A DNA stretch of 64,000 nucleotides from positions 288,001 to 352,000 of the forward strand of contig CAXXKM010000002.1 of NCBI GenBank assembly GCA_963664435.2, read 5' to 3'. Positions within the stretch are counted from its first letter, which is position 1; the number at the start of each line of letters is the position of its first letter. This document shows, one piece after another, positions 56,764-64,000 of this stretch. The notes under the pieces were generated by a model. That model searched no databases. It saw nothing but the letters and a program-made list of their open reading frames with translations, and was not told the DNA's origin. Both the position numbers and the translations under genes were made by a program. The stretch comes from Longimicrobiales bacterium (GTDB taxonomy: Bacteria > Gemmatimonadota > Gemmatimonadetes > Longimicrobiales > Gaopeijiaceae).

Positions 56764-56853
56764 GCTGGACTCCGTGGGCCCGCGTGCATCCGTTCGGCGC
56801 TGCAAGATCGGGGCCGACCAGGACCGCGGGGGGCTGTTACAACAGGCTGGCGC

Positions 56854-57801
56854 TTATACCTGACCGCGCGGTGACGGTTCCGGCGCCCGCCCGGCGGCTT
56901 GCGTGCGTGGCCAGCGCCGGTGTTGCCAGAGATACTGGCCCGGATAGCGCCGCACCCAGCGCTCGAGGGCGGAGACGTGCGCTCGCGTCAGCGCTTCCAC
57001 GTCCCGGGCCGGCACACCGCTCGGTGAAATGGAGACCGGCTCGAGAACGAGGTGATGGGGAACGGGCGCGGCCGGATGATGGAGGGCTACGCCCAGCACC
57101 AGGGGCGCGCCGCTGCGGAGTGAGAGCAGGGCCGCGCCGCGGGCGGTCGAGGCCGGCTCGCCGAAGAAATCCACCATGAGGCCGCCCGCGTGGGCATTCT
57201 GGTCGGCGACCAGCACGACGACCCGGCCCCTGCGGAGCGACCGGAGCAGGAGGTGCGCCGGGTCGTCGCGCGAGACCACGTTCATTCCCAGTCGCCGGCG
57301 GGCCCGCACCAGTGCACGGTCGAAGAGCGGATTGTTCTGGGGGCGCACAACCACGTCCAGCGGAAGGTCGCGGCACGCCAGCGCCCCGCCCCCCGCCTCC
57401 CAGTTGCCGATGTGGCCGGTCACCAGGATGGCGCCCTCGCCGCGCGCCACCGGATCCGCCAGCAACTCCCACCCCTCCACCCGGGAGCGCGCGAGAATCT
57501 CGGCGGGAGTCAGGCGGGCGAGCCGGAAGGTGGTGGCCGCCGTGCGCCCGAGGTGACGGTAGCTCTCCCGGGCCACCCGAGCGCGCCAGGCGGGGGAACG
57601 CTCCGGGAAGGCGCGCGCGAGGTTCTCTCTCGTGACCCGCCGGCGGATGCGCAGCACGCCGCCGGCCAGCAACCCCGCCACCGCTCCCAGCCCCTGGATC
57701 CACCGCCCCGGAAGCAGCCCCGCGCACCCCGCGGCCAGGCGGAAGAGCGCGTACTCGACCCGGTGCCGGGTGCGCGCACGCCGTCCCTCAGACGCCCCCA
57801 T
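56854..57801 (-). CDS. Lipid A late acyltransferase (LpxL/HtrB family)
   Basis: GHIGNWE, ADQ, DFFG and P.QYLW.HRRW. Confidence 0.88.
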   Translation of the reverse strand: MGASEGRRARTRHRVEYALFRLAAGCAGLLPGRWIQGLGAVAGLLAGGVLRIRRRVTRENLARAFPERSPAWRARVARESYRHLGRTAATTFRLARLTPAEILARSRVEGWELLADPVARGEGAILVTGHIGNWEAGGGALACRDLPLDVVVRPQNNPLFDRALVRARRRLGMNVVSRDDPAHLLLRSLRRGRVVVLVADQNAHAGGLMVDFFGEPASTARGAALLSLRSGAPLVLGVALHHPAAPVPHHLVLEPVSISPSGVPARDVEALTRAHVSALERWVRRYPGQYLWQHRRWPRTQAAGRAPEPSPRGQV

Positions 57802-57819
57802 GCCCGTTCCCCGCCGGAG

Positions 57820-59676
57820 TCAACCCCGCGCCGCGACCGCTTCCGGCGTGCGATGCCGCCCCGCCGACGACCCGCTCTGCATCTCGTAGAGCCGGCGGTA
57901 GAGCCCGCCCGCGCGCATGAGCTGGTCGTGGTCTCCGGCCTCCGCGATTCGGCCCCCGTCCAGCACGAAGATCGCGCGCGCGCCCTGCACGGTGGACAGG
58001 CGGTGCGCGATCACGAAGACGGTGCGCCCCTCGCTGAGCCGGTCGAGGGCGCGCTGCACCCGGCGTTCCGACTCGGTGTCGAGCGAGCTGGTGGCCTCGT
58101 CGAGGATCAGGATCGGGGGATCGCGCAGGATGGCGCGCGCGATCGCCAGCCGCTGGCGCTGCCCGCCGGAAAGCTCGGCGCCGCGCTCGCCGACCACGGT
58201 ATCGTAACCCTCGGGCAGCGCGTCGATGAATTCGTGGGCGCCCGCCGCGCGCGCCGCCTCTTCCACCTCCCTCGCTCCGGCCCCCGGCAACCCGTAGGCG
58301 ATGTTGGCGCGCACGGTGTCGTGAAAGAGCACGGTCTCCTGCGAGACGATCCCCATCATCGCCCGCAGGCTGCGCAACCGGAAGCACCGGATGTCCGTGC
58401 CGTCGATCAGGATCCTCCCCGAGCTGACCTCGAAGAACCGGCTGAGCAGATCCACCAGGGTGCTCTTCCCGGCCCCGCTCGGGCCCACCACGGCCACCAT
58501 GGTCCCGCGCTCGACCACGAGCGACACCTCCTCCAGCACGGGGCTTCCCTCACGGTAGCCGAAACCGACCCGGTCGAACACGATCTCGCCTTCGACGCCC
58601 GGGAACGGCAGCGCGTCCGGCCGGTCGCGGATGGCCGCGGGAGCGTCCAGGTATTCGAACAGCCTTCGGCCCCCGACCACCGCGGGCTGGATCATGGCGG
58701 GCAGTCTGCTCAGGTACTTGATCGGCCTGTAGAGCTTGGTGCTGAGCGCCACGAAGCCCATGAACGCGGGCCCGGTGAGTTCGCCCTGCACGAGCACCAG
58801 CCGGGTCCCGTACCAGAGGATGACGATGGTGCCGAGCGCGGCCACCATCTCCGTCACCGGAGCCGCCAGGGCGCGCATCCGCTCCGTGCGCAGGAAGGTG
58901 CTGAAGTAGTGTCCCGTCAGAGCATGGAAGCGGCCGCGTTCATAGTCTTCGGCCGCCGACCCCTTCACCAGGCGAATCCCCGAGAAGGTCTCCTGAATCC
59001 GCGCATTCACCCCGGCGGCCAGGTCGAGGACGCGCCCGTCCTCGCGCCGCAGCTTCTTCAGCATCGGCCCCCAGATGACCACCATGCCCGGAAGCACGGC
59101 AACCGAGAGCAGCGTCAGCGGGGGGGATACCGCGACCATGAGCGCCAGCACGGCGGCCACCTCGAAGACGGCCGAGATGCCCCGCATCAACTCGCGCGTG
59201 AACAGGGTCCGCACCAGTTCGACCTCGTGCGTCAGCCGCGAGACGATCTGCCCGATGCGCGTCCGCCCGAAAAACACCAGGTCGAGCTCGAGCAGGTGAT
59301 CGTGCACCTGGTCGCGCAGGTCGCGGGTCACTCCCTGCTCCACGCGCGCGGCGAGATAGGTCTTCAGGAAGTCGAAGACGTTCTTGACTGCGAAGACCGC
59401 GAGGATGAGCAGGATGAGCGCCTGCACCGCCTCCTGGGGTCCCGACGCGCCGGCGACGAAGCGGCCCGCGGTGGCGTCCAGCAGCCGGCCCAGCATCCCC
59501 TCGCCGACCCCGCTCGAGGCGCCCGCCTCCGGGGTCATCAGGACGCTCAGGAACGGGATCAGGAGCACCATCGAGAAGGCGTCGAAGGCGGCGAACAGTA
59601 CGCTCGCGGCCATCGCCCCCAGGAACACCGCGACGTAGGGCCTCAGATACCGCAGGATGCGGAGATACAGCCTCAA
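57820..59676 (-). CDS. MsbA-like ABC exporter
   Basis: TM domain plus GPSGAGKST, LSGGQRQR, LDEATS and IAHRLS. Confidence 0.9.
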   Translation of the reverse strand: MRLYLRILRYLRPYVAVFLGAMAASVLFAAFDAFSMVLLIPFLSVLMTPEAGASSGVGEGMLGRLLDATAGRFVAGASGPQEAVQALILLILAVFAVKNVFDFLKTYLAARVEQGVTRDLRDQVHDHLLELDLVFFGRTRIGQIVSRLTHEVELVRTLFTRELMRGISAVFEVAAVLALMVAVSPPLTLLSVAVLPGMVVIWGPMLKKLRREDGRVLDLAAGVNARIQETFSGIRLVKGSAAEDYERGRFHALTGHYFSTFLRTERMRALAAPVTEMVAALGTIVILWYGTRLVLVQGELTGPAFMGFVALSTKLYRPIKYLSRLPAMIQPAVVGGRRLFEYLDAPAAIRDRPDALPFPGVEGEIVFDRVGFGYREGSPVLEEVSLVVERGTMVAVVGPSGAGKSTLVDLLSRFFEVSSGRILIDGTDIRCFRLRSLRAMMGIVSQETVLFHDTVRANIAYGLPGAGAREVEEAARAAGAHEFIDALPEGYDTVVGERGAELSGGQRQRLAIARAILRDPPILILDEATSSLDTESERRVQRALDRLSEGRTVFVIAHRLSTVQGARAIFVLDGGRIAEAGDHDQLMRAGGLYRRLYEMQSGSSAGRHRTPEAVAARG

Positions 59677-61268
59677 TCCAGCGTGCTCCGGCCTCGGGGC
59701 TGCAGGCGCGCGACCGGTACGATCATCTCCTCCGGCGAGATGCCGCCGTGCAGGAACGACCCGCGGTAGCGTGACTGGTATTCCCGCAGCTTCGTGGGAT
59801 ACACCATGAAGTAGTCATCCCGGGCGACGACATAGGTCGTTCCCATCCGCCCCCCGGGCAGCCGCAGGTCGCGGGCCCGCTTGCTGCTGAAGACAGTGGA
59901 CCTGCTCGCCGTCCGCAGATCCACCCCGAACTTGTAGCGCAGATTGGTGGTGGCGTCCTTGCGGGCGTAGATGGTGGTCGGCCGGTTGCAGTGGATCGAG
60001 CCGTGATCGGTGGTGAGCACCACGGGGTAGCCCGCCGTCGCCGCTTCCTTCAGAACCTGAAAGGCGGTAGAGCGTTCGAACCAGGCACGCGTCAGGTTGC
60101 GCAGCGCGACCTCGTCCCTGGCCACCTCCATGAGCACCGGCGATTCGCTGCGTCCGTGCGTCATCAGGTCCACGAAGTTGAACACCAGCGCCACCAGCGA
60201 GCCTTCGGTGCTCACGGCCGAGCGGAAGCGCGCCCGCACCTGGTCGCCCTCCCGGTCGGTGAAGATCTTCTCGTAGTGCAGCGGCACGTCGCGACCGGTC
60301 AGCCGCCAGAGTTGAGCGGCCAGCAACTCGTCCTCGAAGGCGTTCAGGCTCCCTTCGTCGTCGGACGCATCCCACCAGCCGGGGCGGAGCCGGGCGATTT
60401 CGTCGGGGAACAGTCCGCCGAAGATGGCGTTGCGGGCGTATGGCGTGGCGGTGGGCAGGATCGAGTAATAGAGCTTCTCTTCGATCTCGAACATGGGGGA
60501 CAGCAGCGGCGCGATGACGCGCCACTGGTCGAGCCTCATGCAGTCGAGGATCACGAAGACGACGGGATCGGTGCCCAGCAGTGGCGCCACGTGCTTCCTG
60601 ACGATGTCGGTCGACAGCTCGGGCCGGCCGGATCCCGGGCCATCCACCCAGCGCGGGTAGTTTCGGGTGATCCACAGGCCGAAGTCGTGGCGCAGTTCAG
60701 CCATGATCCCGTTGACGGAATCCAGCAGACCGGTCTCTCCGGCCTGATCCAGACGGATGTGCCAGTCCACGAGCTCCGCATACAGGGAAGCGAACCGCTC
60801 ATGGGTGCGGACCTCCGCGCGCAGTGCCGAGAGTTGCCCGAAACGCGCCGCGAAATCGCGCGCCACCTGCTGCTGACGGATGCTCGAGCCTTCGAGGATG
60901 CGGGTGACGACCGAGAGGACCTGGCGGGGGCTGGTCGGCTTTACCAGATAGTCGTCGACGCGCCGCCCGATCGCCTCCGTCATGGTGCGGTCCTCCTCCG
61001 ACTTGGTCACCATCACGACGCGGGCATTGGGATCCTGCCGGCGCAGGAGGGCCAGCACCTCCAGGCCGCGGCGCCCGGGCATCTGCTCGTCGAGCAGGAC
61101 CAGGTCGTAGTGGTTCCGGCGCAGGAGGGCGAGGGCGTCGTCGCCGTTGGTGATCGCGTCCACGTGGTAGCCCCGCTGCTGCAGGAACAGCAGATGGGGG
61201 CGCAGCCGGTCGATCTCGTCGTCGACCCAGAGAATGCGCTTGGCGCGGGTGGCGGGCAGTGAGGTCAT
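59673..61268 (-). CDS. PorX-like response regulator with a PglZ / alkaline-phosphatase domain
   Basis: Receiver motifs ILWVDDE and LLDEQMPG; LPTATPYARNAIF, TTDHG and HGGISPEEM. Confidence 0.88.
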   Translation of the reverse strand: MTSLPATRAKRILWVDDEIDRLRPHLLFLQQRGYHVDAITNGDDALALLRRNHYDLVLLDEQMPGRRGLEVLALLRRQDPNARVVMVTKSEEDRTMTEAIGRRVDDYLVKPTSPRQVLSVVTRILEGSSIRQQQVARDFAARFGQLSALRAEVRTHERFASLYAELVDWHIRLDQAGETGLLDSVNGIMAELRHDFGLWITRNYPRWVDGPGSGRPELSTDIVRKHVAPLLGTDPVVFVILDCMRLDQWRVIAPLLSPMFEIEEKLYYSILPTATPYARNAIFGGLFPDEIARLRPGWWDASDDEGSLNAFEDELLAAQLWRLTGRDVPLHYEKIFTDREGDQVRARFRSAVSTEGSLVALVFNFVDLMTHGRSESPVLMEVARDEVALRNLTRAWFERSTAFQVLKEAATAGYPVVLTTDHGSIHCNRPTTIYARKDATTNLRYKFGVDLRTASRSTVFSSKRARDLRLPGGRMGTTYVVARDDYFMVYPTKLREYQSRYRGSFLHGGISPEEMIVPVARLQPRGRSTLD

Positions 61269-61331
61269 TCCGTTGGCTGGCTGGCCGCTGCCGGGGGTTC
61301 GGGAGCCGCCCGGGGGAGCGGAAGAAGGAGT

Positions 61332-62000
61332 CTACTCCATGCTGATGACATAGCGGAACCAGGCCGCCACGGGCATCCCGCCCCGGCGTGCCGGCTCGAA
61401 CATCCAGCGGGCAGCCTCCTGAATCAGCCGGCGATTGAAGTCACGGTCGGAGGTGGGCGGCATCAGGCGGACGGAGTCGGCCGCGACCCTCCCGGTCTCC
61501 AGAACGAAGACCCACACCTCGACTTCCCGGTCCCTCAGGCTTCGGTTGGAGGGGGGCAGGATCATGCTGCGGGGAGAGGGAGGGATCGTTCGCGACCTTC
61601 CTTCAGCGGCCGTGCCGCCATCCCCCCGCCCCTCGCCTTCCTCGATGCCGGGACCTTCGCCTTCGCCGGGACGCTCCCCCAGCAGGGACGCAAAGTCCAC
61701 TTCCACCGATTCCTCGAAGTCCACCGGCTCGACGTCCACCAGGACCGGAGCCGGCACGCGCGGAGGAACGATCGGGCGGGGGGGCGCCATCGCCAGGCGC
61801 AGCGCCTGCATGGAGCCCGAAGCCGCGCGGTTGTCGCCCGCGCGCGGACCCGCGGCGGCGTACGGGGATACGGTGGGCGCCGGCATGCGCCAGAAGAGGA
61901 ACAGGAACAGATGGAAGCCCAGGGACAGGCCCATCGCGACGCGCCAGAGTTTCCTCTCGCGCCGGCGGCGGTCCCGGTTGCTTGCGTTGCCCGGTGTCAT
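61332..62000 (-). CDS. TonB-like protein
   Basis: N-terminal TM with SxxxH, Pro/Gly linker and W.FEPA..GG.PV C-terminal domain. Confidence 0.7.
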   Translation of the reverse strand: MTPGNASNRDRRRRERKLWRVAMGLSLGFHLFLFLFWRMPAPTVSPYAAAGPRAGDNRAASGSMQALRLAMAPPRPIVPPRVPAPVLVDVEPVDFEESVEVDFASLLGERPGEGEGPGIEEGEGRGDGGTAAEGRSRTIPPSPRSMILPPSNRSLRDREVEVWVFVLETGRVAADSVRLMPPTSDRDFNRRLIQEAARWMFEPARRGGMPVAAWFRYVISME

Positions 62001-62048
62001 CGGTCTGATGGTGGCCAGTCCCTGCGGTGACGGAGAGCGAAAACCCGG

Positions 62049-63326
62049 CTAGTCGGGGGGGGCGGCGCCGGGGAACGAGACGGAATGAGCTTCACCGGTC
62101 GCGCCGTCGACCACCCACACCTGCCCGGAGGTCCCTTGTACCAACGACGGGGACCCGAGGTTTCGGACCACGGCCGCCACCGCCGGCGCGGCGGGACGCG
62201 TGAGGTCGACGACCACCAGGCCCTGCTCGCCCGCGGCGACGTAGGCCCGGGACTCCAGCAGCGCCACGTCGAAGGCGTTGCGAATCCCCTGGAAGCGGGC
62301 CGCGAGCCGAGGCATGGCCGGATCGGACACGTCGATGACGAATACGCCGTCCCGGCCGGCGGCCACCACGCCGAGCGCTTCGTCCATGTCGAGCGAACGG
62401 GCGGCTGCGGACAGTTCCAGGGCCCCCACCTCCGCGAGCGTACCCCCGTCGCGCGCCACCAGGCGGGGGCCTTCCAGCACCCACGCGATCCGTGATGCGC
62501 GCGGCCAGACCAGGTCGGCGGCGAGCGGGTCGCCCGTGGTGCGCGCCGCTTCGGAAAGCTCCAGAGCCGTGCCCCGGCCGACGCTGGTGAAGCCGAGCAG
62601 GCCCCCGGCCCCCGACACCACCAGCCTCCCGCCGCTCCCCGCCGCGACCAGCCGGGCGCCGCGCGCGTCGACCCGCCGACCGGCAATGTCGTCCTGGACC
62701 AGCGGAAGCGCGAACAGGCCGCTGGGCGTAGCCGCGACGATGGCCGCGCGCTCGTCGACCAGCGCGGCATCACTCAGCCCGCGCACCCCCCCCAGCCGCG
62801 ATTGTGTTTCCCCCTCCAGCCGGACCAGTCCCTCGGCCGCGCTCCAGAGCGCGGCTGTCCCCGCCTTCCTGCCCCGGTCGGGCAGGAAGGGTAGCTGGAC
62901 CGTCTCCCGGGGGCGCAGGTCCAGTCGAGGACCCGCCACGAAACGGCGCGCGGCCGCGTCGTCGAACTCCTTGCCGAGCAGCAAGCCCAGGGTGAACCCG
63001 ACGGCGGTGGCCAGCGGCGCGAAACACTCGGTTCTGGTGCACGTGCCCAGGTTGGGATTGAAGTCAGCGGAGGTAAACGTCGGGACGCCGACTACCACGG
63101 CCCCGATCGCGGCCCCCAGCCACTTGCGGTAGCCGCCGGGACCGGATTCCTGCGCGGCCGCGGTCGCGGGCGGCAGCACCACGGCGGCCCCGATCAGCAA
63201 GAGGGCGACAACGGTCGACCTGCACGCGTTCCAGATGGCGACCGTGCGGCGCTCACGCGCCCCACCCGGCCCCCGCACGCGCCGCCGCTCGGGACGTGGC
63301 GACCGACAGCAGGCCGGGCGGGTCAC
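62049..63326 (-). CDS. Exported LVIVD-repeat beta-propeller-like protein
   Basis: GVFVIDVSDP.MP and AYVAAGEQGLVVVDL..P. True start is probably downstream of 63326. Confidence 0.65.
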   Translation of the reverse strand: MTRPACCRSPRPERRRVRGPGGARERRTVAIWNACRSTVVALLLIGAAVVLPPATAAAQESGPGGYRKWLGAAIGAVVVGVPTFTSADFNPNLGTCTRTECFAPLATAVGFTLGLLLGKEFDDAAARRFVAGPRLDLRPRETVQLPFLPDRGRKAGTAALWSAAEGLVRLEGETQSRLGGVRGLSDAALVDERAAIVAATPSGLFALPLVQDDIAGRRVDARGARLVAAGSGGRLVVSGAGGLLGFTSVGRGTALELSEAARTTGDPLAADLVWPRASRIAWVLEGPRLVARDGGTLAEVGALELSAAARSLDMDEALGVVAAGRDGVFVIDVSDPAMPRLAARFQGIRNAFDVALLESRAYVAAGEQGLVVVDLTRPAAPAVAAVVRNLGSPSLVQGTSGQVWVVDGATGEAHSVSFPGAAPPD

Positions 63327-64000
63327 GGCTCCCGGACCTGGAACTCGCGCTCCACCTCCAGCTGGAGGCGCGCATTGCGGTCCAGGACCCGAAGCCGCAG
63401 CCCGTAGCGGCCCGGTGGCGGCTCGTCGAGCTGGATGGTGAAGTACTCCGGCAGCATGTCGCGCGCGAGCACCCGGTTCTGCTTGCTGAAGGTGAGGCGC
63501 ACGGCCTGGTCGCCCTCGGCGGTGAGCCCCCAGCGGTCCGCCAGCTCGCCCAGCAGCTGCACGAACGACCCGGTGCGATGAATCTCCTCCACCGTCACCG
63601 CCAGCTCCAGGTCGTACGACGCCAACCGGTCGGAGTCGGGCAGCAGGTTGTAGAGCTCGAAGTAGATGCCGATCTCGTCATCGGGCGCGTAGGTGAGCGT
63701 CGGTTCGGGCACCATGCGAAAGTCGGTGCGCGTGCGCGGCGGATCGGTGACCACCTCGAGCGACCGGGTCAGGAGGATATCGCTCACGCTCAGTTCACCG
63801 GCAGGGAAACTGCGCGCGTCCACCCGCGCCCGGTGCACCGCCGCCGCCCAGCTGAGCGGATCGCGCGCCTCCGCCGATACGATGTGCGGCTGCCCGGCGG
63901 GCACGGTCGTGCGCCAGCTCATCGGGAGCGCGCGGCCTGCCTCGAAGGTCACCTCCCGGGCCTCGGTGACCCGGCGGATCTCGGCGCCGTCGGGCTCGAC
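63323..64000 (-). CDS. Partial CDS (C-terminus), possibly a GWxTD-type protein
   Basis: LSVSDILL, IYFELYNL and PPGRY.L.L.V.D; the ORF runs off the window edge. Confidence 0.5.
   Translation of the reverse strand, partial: VEPDGAEIRRVTEAREVTFEAGRALPMSWRTTVPAGQPHIVSAEARDPLSWAAAVHRARVDARSFPAGELSVSDILLTRSLEVVTDPPRTRTDFRMVPEPTLTYAPDDEIGIYFELYNLLPDSDRLASYDLELAVTVEEIHRTGSFVQLLGELADRWGLTAEGDQAVRLTFSKQNRVLARDMLPEYFTIQLDEPPPGRYGLRLRVLDRNARLQLEVEREFQVREP

Noticed and set aside
59673..61268. PglZ domain as evidence of a BREX system
   Set aside because: It is fused to a receiver domain (PorX type), lies in housekeeping context, and no other brx genes are present.

Overview
GC-rich bacterial window. Gene content and the many Ig/LRR surface proteins suggest Gemmatimonadota, possibly host-associated; this is inference only. 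Positions 1-27.8 kb are accessory. They contain a ~1,500-aa Ig-LRR-metallopeptidase lipoprotein gene split by an intact IS1380-family element, a LuxR-type regulator with two identical 16-bp palindromes placed like lux boxes, a patchwork of gene fragments that includes an orphan type I-E CRISPR remnant, a P450 and an outer-membrane beta-barrel. A defence island at about 17-27.3 kb encodes a GHKL/sacsin-like ATPase-DUF3883 nuclease, a ParB-like + HEPN-like protein, a type III Mod relic and a coupled ParB-like / PD-(D/E)XK-like / SPPY-methyltransferase operon. These cassettes are bracketed by three diverged copies of an unannotated non-coding element with a covarying hairpin. Positions 27.8-64 kb are core-like: a TipA-like MerR regulator, gyrB, DciA-like, recF, ssb, rpsU, beta-oxidation genes, a MoxR-DUF58 cluster, vapBC, lpxL/msbA-like genes and a PorX-like regulator. 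All family assignments come from motif recognition by eye; no searches were run.
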